Assembly: GCA_902613705.1 (NCBI GenBank)
Contig: CACMIG010000001.1
Location: 40,102 to 104,101 of the forward strand
Source: an uncultured SAR86 cluster bacterium
Lineage (GTDB): Bacteria; Pseudomonadota; Gammaproteobacteria; Magnimaribacterales; D2472
Direction of reading: 5' to 3'
Length of the DNA stretch: 64,000 nt
The position numbers and the translations under genes are program-made. Below, one piece after another: positions 25,281 through 34,785 of this stretch (position 1 is the stretch's first letter; each line of letters opens with the position of its first letter). The notes beneath the pieces are model-generated. The model had not been told where the DNA came from, made no database searches, and saw only the letters and a program-made list of their open reading frames with translations.

Positions 25281-25971
25281 CTAGTATATATGTAAATCTA
25301 TGCAATACTCCACTTACTGGCACTGCCCTACCATCAACAATTTTTGGTTTATATTTTAATTTTAGGGCCGCTCTTGCCGACGCGCTATTAAACATTGTGC
25401 AAGGTCTAAATACTGCTGCTGGATCGCTTGGATTAGTATTTGAACAATAGCCCTCTAAGGTATTTGCATCCTCTACACTACCAGTTTCTGTAATAGTAAA
25501 TTCAACTAGAGCATAACCCATTGTGCCTCTTTCTTGAGCTCTTCTAGGATATATAGGTATAACTTTAAAAAGTGGAATATATTCTCCATCTCTAAAAAAA
25601 GAGCCTCCAGTTTTAAAGTTAGCTTTAGGTTTTGCAACTGAGACATCTAAACCTGTTAATGGTTGCAAATCTAATTCAGGTTGTGCAATATCTTCTGGTT
25701 GCTCTTCAGGCTTTTCAGGTTTATCTACTTCAGTTAAAAAAGTGTCTATTTGTCTCTCAGGCATAACAACGTCAGCAAGTTTTACAGAAGTATCTTCTTT
25801 TAAACCGCTATCACCTAAAGCAATTAAAATCACCATAATAAAAAATAAAGCTAATGTTATTAAAGAAGAAAATCCTATACCTGCAGCATATTTATTAGTA
25901 TTAAAAGCTTTGATATAAAAACCATGAATAGGTTTTGTAACAGAATTTATAGCTGCAAGAACTTGATTCAT
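25270..25971 (-). CDS. tonB: Energy transducer TonB
   Basis: An N-terminal TM anchor, the Pro/Glu-rich spacer KPEKPEEQPEDIAQPELDLQP, and a C-terminal TonB domain YPRRAQERGTMGYALVEFTI. Confidence 0.75.
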   Translation of the reverse strand: MNQVLAAINSVTKPIHGFYIKAFNTNKYAAGIGFSSLITLALFFIMVILIALGDSGLKEDTSVKLADVVMPERQIDTFLTEVDKPEKPEEQPEDIAQPELDLQPLTGLDVSVAKPKANFKTGGSFFRDGEYIPLFKVIPIYPRRAQERGTMGYALVEFTITETGSVEDANTLEGYCSNTNPSDPAAVFRPCTMFNSASARAALKLKYKPKIVDGRAVPVSGVLHRFTYILDEE

Positions 25972-25974
25972 AAT

Positions 25975-26385
25975 TTATTTTGGTTCTGATGCAAGAGAAA
26001 TTGCATTAACTCCTGCTTCTCTAGCTCCGTCCATAACTTTAATTATGGTATCGGCTACCGCTTTTTCATCTGCCTGAATAACAACTGATCCTTTTGGATT
26101 GTCGGCAAGCAACTTAACAACATTTGCTTTTACTTGTCTTACATCAATTCTTCTTCCATCCATCCAAACCTCACCAGTAGGACCCACTGCAATTAAAATC
26201 GCTGCATTTTCTTGTGTTTCAGCGGTATCAGAATCAGGTCTGTTAATTTCAAGTCCCGGTTCCTTAATAAAATTTGCAGTTACAATAAAAAAGATAAGCA
26301 TGATGAAAACTACATCAAGCATTGGAGTTAAATTAATCTCACTTTCTTCTTCTTTTACAGCGCTGCTAATTGCATTTCTTCTCAT
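25975..26385 (-). CDS. exbD: Biopolymer transport protein ExbD
   Basis: 136 aa. INLTPMLDVVFIMLIFFIV contains the conserved Asp-bearing TM helix. Confidence 0.85.
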   Translation of the reverse strand: MRRNAISSAVKEEESEINLTPMLDVVFIMLIFFIVTANFIKEPGLEINRPDSDTAETQENAAILIAVGPTGEVWMDGRRIDVRQVKANVVKLLADNPKGSVVIQADEKAVADTIIKVMDGAREAGVNAISLASEPK

Positions 26386-26400
26386 TTAATCGCCCTCCTC

Positions 26401-26931
26401 CTATAAATCTCTTTTAATTAGTTCTCTTAAATCATTTGTATGTCTATCAGATGCGCTACTTAAATATATCGTTGCAAATACTCCTGATAGTGCTACAACC
26501 ATACCCGCCATTGTAGGTAGAGTTGCTTTAGAGACACCACCAGCCATTGATCTGGCATCACCACCGCCATTGAAAGCCATTACCTGAAAAACCTCTATCA
26601 TTCCAGTCACTGTTCCTAAAAGTCCAAATAAAGGGGCTAAAACAACACAAGTCTGAATAATTGATAAATTTTTATTTATTTCTACTTTAGCCTGTGAAAG
26701 CATCTTTTCTCTAATTTGAAGAGCATGCCATGAAGTTTTGTCACTTCTATTGTTCCATTTTGCAGAAATGTCCTGAATATAAAACTCGTGACCATGAGAA
26801 AAGTACCATATTCTCTCAAAAATCATTGCCCACATAAAAAACACTAAAATAGCTATTAACCATAAGACGCTTCCACCAGCTTCCATAAAATCCCTTATGG
26901 AAGAAAACGCTTCGGTTATAGCGAAAAACAT
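26401..26931 (-). CDS. exbB: Biopolymer transport protein ExbB (MotA/TolQ/ExbB proton channel)
   Basis: 176 aa. LGLLGTVTGMIEVF signature. Confidence 0.85.
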   Translation of the reverse strand: MFFAITEAFSSIRDFMEAGGSVLWLIAILVFFMWAMIFERIWYFSHGHEFYIQDISAKWNNRSDKTSWHALQIREKMLSQAKVEINKNLSIIQTCVVLAPLFGLLGTVTGMIEVFQVMAFNGGGDARSMAGGVSKATLPTMAGMVVALSGVFATIYLSSASDRHTNDLRELIKRDL

Positions 26932-26940
26932 AATTAGTTT

Positions 26941-28326
26941 CTAGTTTCCTTCTGCTCTTTCAGCAAGAATACCTGTACTTTGTTCTTCTAGCACGCTGAT
27001 AATTCCTTTAGCTGATGAAGCTGTAAATGAATGTAACAATGTTGTTGGTATTGCAACTAACAAACCTAAAACAGTGGTTACAAGTGCTTGTGAAATACCA
27101 CCAGCCATTAATTTAGGATCGCCAGTTCCATATAATGTAATCATTTGGAATGTGACAATCATACCTGTAACAGTTCCCAGAAGACCAGCAAGTGGAGCAA
27201 CAACAGAGATAATTCTTACAGCACTAATACCTCTTTCTATGGAAGGTCTCTCCGCCATAATTGCTTCCGCAAGTTTAAGCTCTAGTGTATCTATATCTTT
27301 TTTAAAGTTTTCTTCACCAACTTTAAGAACTCTTCCTAGTGGGTTTCTAACATCAAGAGTTTTAGATCCTGCTTGAGCTCTCACAGCTTTTCCGAGTATG
27401 TATAAACTATATAATTTCCAGAATGCTAGACCAATACCAATTAAACCAACAAAAATAATGGCGTAACCGACTTCTCTACCTTGGGCTGCTCTTTCAGCCA
27501 ATGATGGGGTTTGTATTAGGTTTGCTAATAAGCTTCCACCGGTTGGGCCAGTAGGATCAACACCAAATCTAACTTGTTCACCAACATCAGCATTTCCAAC
27601 ATTCTTCGCTGTTTTTGTATATCTTCCAGCAGGCTGTCTAGGTAAAAATGCATACTGTCCAGTTGCAGCAACATATTCTAAATACTTACCATCACATACA
27701 GCATTGAATAAACCAACTCTTGTTACATTACAAGTAGAAGATTCACCATCAACATCAATAACAGTTGTGTCAAAGGAAACTACTTGTCCACTGGCAACCA
27801 TTTCTCTTTGGAGTTCATACCATAGTCCCTCTATCTCTCTAATTGTAGGTAATTCTGTTGTTTCTGACATTTTAGAAGTCAAATTATTTAAAAAATCTAC
27901 TCTTTCAACCCCATATTGTGGGCTAGTCAATGATCCTGAAAACTGAACGGCTGCTTCACCAGCAGAACTTTGAAGATGACCAAAAAGCTCAACTAAAGAA
28001 CCAAGTTCTTTTTGATAAGCTTCTTCTTTTACTCTAAGAATATCCTCATTTTTCTTATATTCTGCCTCTAACTGATCTGCAATTCTTTCTTGCCTGGCTA
28101 GTTCTCTTTTTTCGGCAGCTAAGATTTCAGCTTGCTTATTTTTATTTGCCATAAACTGTGCTTCACGATCAGCATTTTCAGATTGCTCTTTAGTTTTGCC
28201 TTCTTTTACAAGCAATAGGAGAGCTTCAACAGTTGAGATTTCTGTTTCCTCTCCTTCTGAATCCTGAGCAAATATAGTATTAATTGTTAAAGAAAGAAGG
28301 AATAAAATTGATAAATAATTTTTCAT
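26941..28326 (-). CDS. Large MotA/TolQ/ExbB-family proton channel protein (TtpC-like)
   Basis: 461 aa. A signal peptide and a long periplasmic/coiled-coil N-terminal domain, then an ExbB-type C-terminal domain with AGLLGTVTGMIVTFQ. This is the architecture of Vibrio TtpC. Confidence 0.75.
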   Translation of the reverse strand: MKNYLSILFLLSLTINTIFAQDSEGEETEISTVEALLLLVKEGKTKEQSENADREAQFMANKNKQAEILAAEKRELARQERIADQLEAEYKKNEDILRVKEEAYQKELGSLVELFGHLQSSAGEAAVQFSGSLTSPQYGVERVDFLNNLTSKMSETTELPTIREIEGLWYELQREMVASGQVVSFDTTVIDVDGESSTCNVTRVGLFNAVCDGKYLEYVAATGQYAFLPRQPAGRYTKTAKNVGNADVGEQVRFGVDPTGPTGGSLLANLIQTPSLAERAAQGREVGYAIIFVGLIGIGLAFWKLYSLYILGKAVRAQAGSKTLDVRNPLGRVLKVGEENFKKDIDTLELKLAEAIMAERPSIERGISAVRIISVVAPLAGLLGTVTGMIVTFQMITLYGTGDPKLMAGGISQALVTTVLGLLVAIPTTLLHSFTASSAKGIISVLEEQSTGILAERAEGN

Positions 28327-29093
28327 TACACTTCTCCCTTTACAACAGGCATCATCATCATATCTGTTGGAGCTAATTTTTTAGCTATCCTAATAGCATC
28401 CCTAATTGGTTTTCTATAGCTACCTGACAATTCTTCCCATGTTCCTGTTTCGTTATCCCATCTTCCACTTGTTCTTTCGTCTTTGGTTTGATAAAACATT
28501 CCAATTCTTCCAATAACAAGAATATTGACGACGGTCCCATCAGCTAACTTATCCTCGTAGGTATCAATCTTTCTTCCGTACTCGGCTTCTATGTTATAAG
28601 CTTCAAGAACTTGTCTTACTTGTTCTGACGCTGTTACTTTTGGTTTAGCCAAAGAAGATCTGACTAAATCAACTCTTGCTCTTCTCTCTTCAGCTCTAAA
28701 AGGAGTATCTAATTTAATGAAAGTTTCTAAAGTATCGAGCATCTTTTGAGCTAAAGGCGGTATTTGTCTTTGCATCACGACAACCTGAACTAATTGCTCA
28801 TCAAGCTTATCCATTAAGTCAAGCTGAGCTTGAATTTGTATTCTTTTTTGTGCATTGTAAAGCTTCAGACCTTCAACTTGTTTGTTCACAACTTTATATT
28901 CATTTACAAGTTTATCGGTTTGCCTTTCTGTTTGATCTATCTTATCTTGAGAATTTGCAGAAAGAATTTGATTTTCTCTACCAACTTCCAAAATACTTTC
29001 CATATTTACTTCAACAATTGCTTCATTTGACAAAACAAATACGCTGAAGCAAAAAAGTATTGGTAAAGATACATTCTTTATTAATTTAAACAT
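28326..29093 (-). CDS. DUF3450 family periplasmic coiled-coil protein (TtpB-like)
   Basis: 255 aa with a signal peptide and a long coiled coil. It is the first gene of the cluster, and its stop shares one base with the following start (28326). Confidence 0.55.
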   Translation of the reverse strand: MFKLIKNVSLPILFCFSVFVLSNEAIVEVNMESILEVGRENQILSANSQDKIDQTERQTDKLVNEYKVVNKQVEGLKLYNAQKRIQIQAQLDLMDKLDEQLVQVVVMQRQIPPLAQKMLDTLETFIKLDTPFRAEERRARVDLVRSSLAKPKVTASEQVRQVLEAYNIEAEYGRKIDTYEDKLADGTVVNILVIGRIGMFYQTKDERTSGRWDNETGTWEELSGSYRKPIRDAIRIAKKLAPTDMMMMPVVKGEV

Positions 29094-29136
29094 TTTTGTA
29101 CTCCCTAAGGTTTGGACATATTAACAGTCCTAAACC

Positions 29137-29155
29137 AATAAATAAAATATTTATT
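29137..29155. promoter_or_regulatory. 19-bp AT palindrome upstream of the TonB2 cluster (weak Fur-box candidate)
   Basis: AATAAATA-AAA-TATTTATT is a perfect 8+3+8 palindrome 44-62 bp upstream of the first gene. It matches GATAATGATAATCATTATC at 12 of 19 positions. AT-rich palindromes are expected by chance in this genome. Confidence 0.2.
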
Positions 29156-29247
29156 AATACTTCATCTAACAGGTAATTCTATCAAAAACTTTGTCATTTC
29201 GACTAATTTTGTAAATTTTTCTATATTTGCTTGAAATTTGCCAATAG

Positions 29248-30093
29248 TTATAGTTTTGGAAATAGCATGGGAGTGTTCTCCTTGTATGTCTTATAATTTT
29301 CATCATCAGCCCATTTCTTATCATTCATGTCTTCAAGCATTCTGACACCGCTAACATATACGAGAAGAATATATGTAAAGACAGGTGATATTAGTGTAAT
29401 AAGTTGAAGCCCTTCAAGTGATGATAAAGAAATAACTGCAATTGCAAACCATAACAACACTTCTCCAAAATAATTAGGATGTCTCGACTTTGACCATAAT
29501 CCAGAAGTAATAAAGCTATCTTTATTGGCTTCAATAGATCTAAAGGCTGTTTTTTGATTATCAGCAACAATCTCAATACCAAATCCAATTATAAATAGAA
29601 TTATTCCAATGTAAGTTAAGGCATTCATCACCAAGCCTTCAGGGCTCGATATGGCTACCAGGGCGCACATTGAGCATAACGTTACCCACAAACCTGATAT
29701 AGTAAATGCCATAAAAAACTGTGAGGCAGAAGTTTTAATTGTTCTAAACCTTTTATCTTCCCCGGCTTTATGTATTCTCATGAACAAAAATAATCCTAAT
29801 CGTATTGTCCATATTGAGATCAATAAAACTAAGATAAGATTTCCAAAATTGAGTGAAATGGATTGATATGTAGATAAGAAAACAAACCATACAACACTTA
29901 AATAAGTAACGCTTCCTGTTAAATCGTAGAACTTTTCAGTTTGAAATACATAAGCAGGTATATATGCAATCCAATGAATTACATATGCTAAAAGTACAGC
30001 ATTTTTTACAATTACACTTCCAGTTAAATGTGCAATACCGTAACTAATTACAAACGATAAAACCGAAATTAAAATATTAGTTATCACTTTCAT
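29248..30093 (-). CDS. DUF1295 family membrane protein (steroid 5-alpha-reductase / ICMT-like fold)
   Basis: 281 aa, polytopic. The C-terminal signature is WSKSRHPNYFGEVLLW. 4-nt overlap with the upstream M2 peptidase gene. Confidence 0.7.
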   Translation of the reverse strand: MKVITNILISVLSFVISYGIAHLTGSVIVKNAVLLAYVIHWIAYIPAYVFQTEKFYDLTGSVTYLSVVWFVFLSTYQSISLNFGNLILVLLISIWTIRLGLFLFMRIHKAGEDKRFRTIKTSASQFFMAFTISGLWVTLCSMCALVAISSPEGLVMNALTYIGIILFIIGFGIEIVADNQKTAFRSIEANKDSFITSGLWSKSRHPNYFGEVLLWFAIAVISLSSLEGLQLITLISPVFTYILLVYVSGVRMLEDMNDKKWADDENYKTYKENTPMLFPKL

Positions 30094-31907
30094 TCTTCAC
30101 TCCATCCACAAGTTCTATTTTTATTTTCTTCATCAAGCCATTCTTTTAATGGTGCGTAGTAATTCATTATTGATTTACCGCTAAGTTGTCTTGATCCAGT
30201 AAGATTCTCAAAAGCATCCTGCCAAGGCAAGCTTTGACCCATTGCCATAGTAGTAATAATTCTATCACCAGCTTCTTTATTCCCATATATTGAGCATTCA
30301 TGTAAATATCCATCATAATCAATTAAATTACAAAGTGCTTCATGAAACTGGTACTGCATGATGCTAGCTAAATAATATCTAGTATAGGGAGTATTCCCAG
30401 GTATATGATATTTTGCCCCAGGATCAAAATAGTTTTCTGACCTTTCATAACTTGTATTAATTCCCTGATATTCCTCCCTTAGACTCCACCATGAAGAATT
30501 TAAATTGCTTTCGTCAATTTCCCCATCAAATACTCCAGACCGCCATTTATCAAGCATCAAAGCCCATGGAACTATAACAACCCCATCAAGAGCTTGTTTC
30601 ATAAGTAATCCAATCGGGTCTTGTTTTACTTCTTCAGCATCATCTTCAGATATGAAGCCAATATCAACTAAGTAATCTGGAGTAATTGAAAGCGTTAATA
30701 AGTCTCCAAATGCCTCATGAAAACCATCATTTGCACCTGCTTGAAAAACAGTTGGTATATGGTTATATGCCTGATAATAAAAAATGTGGCCTAATTCATG
30801 ATGAATAGTGATAAAGTCCTCTTCATTCTTTTCAATACACATTTTTATTCTAAGGTCATTATTTGCAGGATCTAGATTCCATGCAGATGCGTGACAAACA
30901 ACTGATCTATCTCTTGGCTTAACAAATAAGGACCTTTCCCAGAAAGTTTCTGGAAGGGGTTTGAATCCCATAGAAATAAAAAAATCTTCAGCATACTCAA
31001 CCATTTCAATTTCACTTAATGATTTTTCGTTAATTATCTTAGTAACATCTATATATTTTGAATCTTGCTTTTCTTCATAGACTAAATCATAGACATTTGA
31101 CCATGACTGTCCCCACATATTCCCAAGCATATGAACAGGTAATGGGCCTGTCTTTGATATCACTTCATCGCCATAATGTTCATTTAATTTTGCCCTCACA
31201 TGACAATGAAGAGCATCGTATAATGGTTTTACCTCACTCCAAACCCTGTCAGTATCATCTAAGAAATCATCTGCAGGCATATCATATTTACTGAACCATA
31301 AATCGCTCAAACCTTCATAGCCAAGATCAATCGATCCTTGATTTCCAATATCAACCATTCTCATATACATAGGTTTCATCGGCTTACTAATCTCATGCCA
31401 ACCCTCCCAAGCCTTTAACAATTCCTTAGGATCTCGTGAATTATCAATAATTGATTCAAATGCTTCTAAGTCATAGCATTCTTCATCATCAAAACAATGC
31501 TCTCCACTTCCATACATTGCTTCAAGACTTGTTGTAATTTCTGAAAGTTCAGATGCAAGTTCTTCGTCTAATGGAGGAGGCATTACGAAAGAACTTTTAA
31601 GAATATTTAACATTCTTTGATTTTCTTTTGATGTGTCTAATCCATCAAAACTAGCAGCCTCTCGAGATCTTTCTAACGATTTTAATGTATATTTTGTTCC
31701 ATAATCTGCAATTACTTTTTGAGAATCATATGTAATAAAATTTGAGCTTATCCATGAGGCAGAATATATAACTGGACCATCTTTTTTATTTTCCGATTCA
31801 ACGTTTATAAGAAATTCTTCTAAGTCTTGATTAGTTTTGGTTTGTTCGCTACTTGGGGCACAAGAAGTTACAATAATAATTAATATTAAGCTTAAAAAAT
31901 TTTTCAT
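30090..31907 (-). CDS. M2 family peptidyl-dipeptidase (angiotensin-converting-enzyme homolog), predicted lipoprotein
   Basis: 605 aa. Zinc site HHELGHIFYYQAY plus the downstream GANDGFHEAFGD, which parallel ACE HHEMGH and GANPGFHEAIGD. Lipobox VTSC in MKNFLSLILIIIVTSC. Confidence 0.8.
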   Translation of the reverse strand: MKNFLSLILIIIVTSCAPSSEQTKTNQDLEEFLINVESENKKDGPVIYSASWISSNFITYDSQKVIADYGTKYTLKSLERSREAASFDGLDTSKENQRMLNILKSSFVMPPPLDEELASELSEITTSLEAMYGSGEHCFDDEECYDLEAFESIIDNSRDPKELLKAWEGWHEISKPMKPMYMRMVDIGNQGSIDLGYEGLSDLWFSKYDMPADDFLDDTDRVWSEVKPLYDALHCHVRAKLNEHYGDEVISKTGPLPVHMLGNMWGQSWSNVYDLVYEEKQDSKYIDVTKIINEKSLSEIEMVEYAEDFFISMGFKPLPETFWERSLFVKPRDRSVVCHASAWNLDPANNDLRIKMCIEKNEEDFITIHHELGHIFYYQAYNHIPTVFQAGANDGFHEAFGDLLTLSITPDYLVDIGFISEDDAEEVKQDPIGLLMKQALDGVVIVPWALMLDKWRSGVFDGEIDESNLNSSWWSLREEYQGINTSYERSENYFDPGAKYHIPGNTPYTRYYLASIMQYQFHEALCNLIDYDGYLHECSIYGNKEAGDRIITTMAMGQSLPWQDAFENLTGSRQLSGKSIMNYYAPLKEWLDEENKNRTCGWSEE

Positions 31908-31950
31908 TTATATTCCTCGCTATTAAAATAACATAAAAAATAAAATTAAT

Positions 31951-32517
31951 ATGAAAATTTCTACGAACCAGTTTAAAAACGGAACAAAGTTGATAATTGA
32001 TAATGCTCCTTGCTCAATTATTGAGCATGAATTTCATAAGCCCGGAAAAGGCCAAGCTGTAATGAGAGTTAAATATAAGAATCTTCTAACTGGAAACACT
32101 AATGATAAGACTTTCAAGTCAGGTGAAAGTGTTGAAGCAGCAGATGTGAGTCATAAAGAAATGGAATTCTTATATAAGGATAATGATTCTTGGCACTTTA
32201 TGGACAAGAATAATTACGAGCAAATTGAAGTGAGCGGATCACAGATGGGAAATGCATCACAATGGTTAGTAGGACAAGAAACTTGTGAAGTTGTTTTGTG
32301 GAATGGTCAACCCATTCTTGTAAATCCACCAGTAATTGTTGAGCTTAAGATTATTAAAGCAGAGCCTGGAGTAAAGGGAGATACAGTTTCAGGTGCAACA
32401 AAAACTGCAAAACTTGAAACAAATGTTGAGGTTCAAGTGCCATTATTTGTGGATGAAAACGAAATAATAAAAGTAGATACTAGAGATATGACCTATGTAG
32501 GGAGAGCAAAGTCTTGA
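31951..32517 (+). CDS. efp: Elongation factor P
   Basis: 188 aa. KPGKGQAVMRVKYKNL loop (Lys34 type) and the three-domain length. Confidence 0.9.
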   Translation: MKISTNQFKNGTKLIIDNAPCSIIEHEFHKPGKGQAVMRVKYKNLLTGNTNDKTFKSGESVEAADVSHKEMEFLYKDNDSWHFMDKNNYEQIEVSGSQMGNASQWLVGQETCEVVLWNGQPILVNPPVIVELKIIKAEPGVKGDTVSGATKTAKLETNVEVQVPLFVDENEIIKVDTRDMTYVGRAKS

Positions 32518-34247
32518 TTGATGAAATTAACAAGGAAATAGAAAAATTCCTATCTTCAATTGTAAATAATAAAAAAAATATCAATTCTATTATTAAAAAA
32601 TGCTCTACTTCTATATCAGATGATCTTAAAAAAGGTCATATAACTTCAAATGTATGTATGGTCGCAGCAAGCATACTAAAGCTTAATCCAAAAAAAATAG
32701 CTGAAGATCTTAAAACAAGATTAGAAAAAATTGATAAATTTGATAATGTTGAGGTAGCAGGACCGGGATTTATAAATATCTCATTAAATAGAGAAGATTT
32801 TGTATCAATAATTGAATTTATTAATAAAAACAAAGATTCATTTGGTAGTTCTGCTATAGGTGAAAAAAATAAGGTTCAAATTGAATTTGTGTCTGCTAAC
32901 CCCACTGGTCCTCTTCATGTTGGTCATGGGAGAGGAGCTGCCTATGGTGATGCAGTCGGTAGAATCCTTGAGTCTACGGGATCAATTGTTGAAAAAGAAT
33001 ACTATGTTAACGATGCTGGAAGACAAATCGATATTCTAACTGCAAGCGTTATATTGAGATTGATAAAAGATGATATAAGTAATTATTTTCCAGCTAATGG
33101 ATATAAAGGTGAGTACATTGATGAAATTGGAAAAAAATTAGACAAAAAAGTAGAAATACAAGACTTCAAGTCACTTTCAATCAAATCCTGTGAGGATCCA
33201 GAAGAAGAAATAGATAATATTATTCATGAATTGGAAAAATTAAATAATAATTCATGGAATCTCATAAAAAATTTCTCATTAAAAGAAATTGTTAAATCTA
33301 TCGAGGATGATCTAAAAGCATTTAATGTGAATTTTGATAACTGGTTTTATGAATCATCACTTGGCAGTATTGATGAAGTCTCATCTGATATAGCATCGTC
33401 GGTAAATAAACTAAAAAAAGATGGTCATGCTTATGAGAAAGATAAGGCAATATGGCTTAATACAGACGTAAGTGGTGATGATAAACATAGAGTTCTGGTA
33501 AGAGATAATGGAAAGGCAACATATTTTGCCTCGGATGTTGCATATCATAAAAATAAGATTGATAGAGGTTTTGATAAGCTAATAAATGTATGGGGAGCTG
33601 ATCACCATGGATACATTAAGAGAATAGAAGCATCTATTGAAAACCTTGGGTCAGATAAAAATAAACTAATTGTAAAACTTGTTCAATTTGCAAACCTTTT
33701 CAAAGATGGAAAAAAGGTCAAGATGTCCACAAGATCGGGAGAATTTTTTACATTAAAAAATCTTATCGAAGATATAGGTTCGGATGCTGCAAGATTTTAT
33801 TATTTATCAAAGCAAGCTGATCAGCATTTAGATTTTGATCTTGATTTGGCAAAATCAGATAGTAAAGAAAATATTTTTTATTACATTCAATATGCGCATG
33901 CAAGAATCGTTTCGCTTGAAGAAAAGGCCCTAGATAAATTCTCTGATATTAAAAAGAATGCTAAAAATATTATCAGTGGGAATTATAAAGAATGTGACAA
34001 TCTAATTCATGAAATTTCAAAATTCCCAGACATTGTAAATAAATCTGCAAATACACTACAACCTCATGTCATCATCTATTACTTAAAAGATTTATCTCAA
34101 CTATTTCATAGCTTCTATAACGATAATCATGTCTTGTCTGAATCTGAAGAGAATATGCAATCAATTTTAGAGTGTCTAATAGCTGTAAAACAAGTTATTT
34201 CAAATGGTTTAAATTTATTAGGAATTACTCCAATGCAAAAAATGTAA
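32514..34247 (+). CDS. argS: Arginine--tRNA ligase
   Basis: HIGH region ANPTGPLHVGHGRGAAYGD, KMSTRSG (KMSKS-like) and a C-terminal anticodon-binding domain. TTG start overlapping the efp stop. Confidence 0.9.
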   Translation: MIDEINKEIEKFLSSIVNNKKNINSIIKKCSTSISDDLKKGHITSNVCMVAASILKLNPKKIAEDLKTRLEKIDKFDNVEVAGPGFINISLNREDFVSIIEFINKNKDSFGSSAIGEKNKVQIEFVSANPTGPLHVGHGRGAAYGDAVGRILESTGSIVEKEYYVNDAGRQIDILTASVILRLIKDDISNYFPANGYKGEYIDEIGKKLDKKVEIQDFKSLSIKSCEDPEEEIDNIIHELEKLNNNSWNLIKNFSLKEIVKSIEDDLKAFNVNFDNWFYESSLGSIDEVSSDIASSVNKLKKDGHAYEKDKAIWLNTDVSGDDKHRVLVRDNGKATYFASDVAYHKNKIDRGFDKLINVWGADHHGYIKRIEASIENLGSDKNKLIVKLVQFANLFKDGKKVKMSTRSGEFFTLKNLIEDIGSDAARFYYLSKQADQHLDFDLDLAKSDSKENIFYYIQYAHARIVSLEEKALDKFSDIKKNAKNIISGNYKECDNLIHEISKFPDIVNKSANTLQPHVIIYYLKDLSQLFHSFYNDNHVLSESEENMQSILECLIAVKQVISNGLNLLGITPMQKM

Positions 34248-34251
34248 GCAT

Positions 34252-34785
34252 ATGAAAGATTTTGCAAATGTTAAAGGTAATAAATCAAATAAGAATAAAA
34301 GAAAAACTGTTTTTACTTCAAAAAAGCCGTCAGTAAACACAATATCAACTAGTACCATCCTGATATTAATTTTTATTAGTGTAGGTCTGGCCTCTAGTTC
34401 AATATTTCTATTCAAGACAGACGTTATATCAATTAAGACTGCCAACACTTCCAACACTGTAAACATAGACTTCCCTTCATCATTAATGGAAAATTCAGTG
34501 CTTATTGAATTTAATGAAGAAAATAATTCTTTAGAGTGTCAGTACTTTGTTCAAATTGGTGCATACGGAAATAAAAAATATGCACTTGAGGCAATTAAAA
34601 TGCTCAAAAGCGATATTGAAAACCTATCAATTAACGAGGTATACAGTACTCTTTTGCCAGGAAAGCTATTAAATAGTGTAATATCAGGCCCTTATATTAA
34701 TAGATCGGCAGCAAATAATGCTAAAGAGAAAATAACAAAGAGCGGTTTTGAACCACGATTAAGAACTGTATGCAAAGAGAACTAA
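34252..34785 (+). CDS. SPOR domain-containing (cell-division/peptidoglycan-binding) protein
   Basis: A basic N-terminus, one TM helix, and a C-terminal SPOR-like domain YFVQIGAYGNKKYALEAIKML ... ISGPY. Its position after argS matches many gammaproteobacteria. Confidence 0.6.
   Translation: MKDFANVKGNKSNKNKRKTVFTSKKPSVNTISTSTILILIFISVGLASSSIFLFKTDVISIKTANTSNTVNIDFPSSLMENSVLIEFNEENNSLECQYFVQIGAYGNKKYALEAIKMLKSDIENLSINEVYSTLLPGKLLNSVISGPYINRSAANNAKEKITKSGFEPRLRTVCKEN

Noticed and set aside
25270-25971. TonB proline-rich spacer as the substrate of the P4H/glycosyltransferase pair
   Set aside because: This is pure speculation. The two enzymes appear cytoplasmic while the TonB spacer is periplasmic, the loci are 28 kb apart, and nothing in the sequence links them.
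26099-27946. Plus-strand ORFs of 80-100 aa (26099-26389, 27074-27376, 27704-27946) opposite exbD and the TtpC-like gene
   Set aside because: They are antisense to conserved membrane-protein genes. The apparent hydrophobic products simply mirror the TM-helix codons of the real genes.
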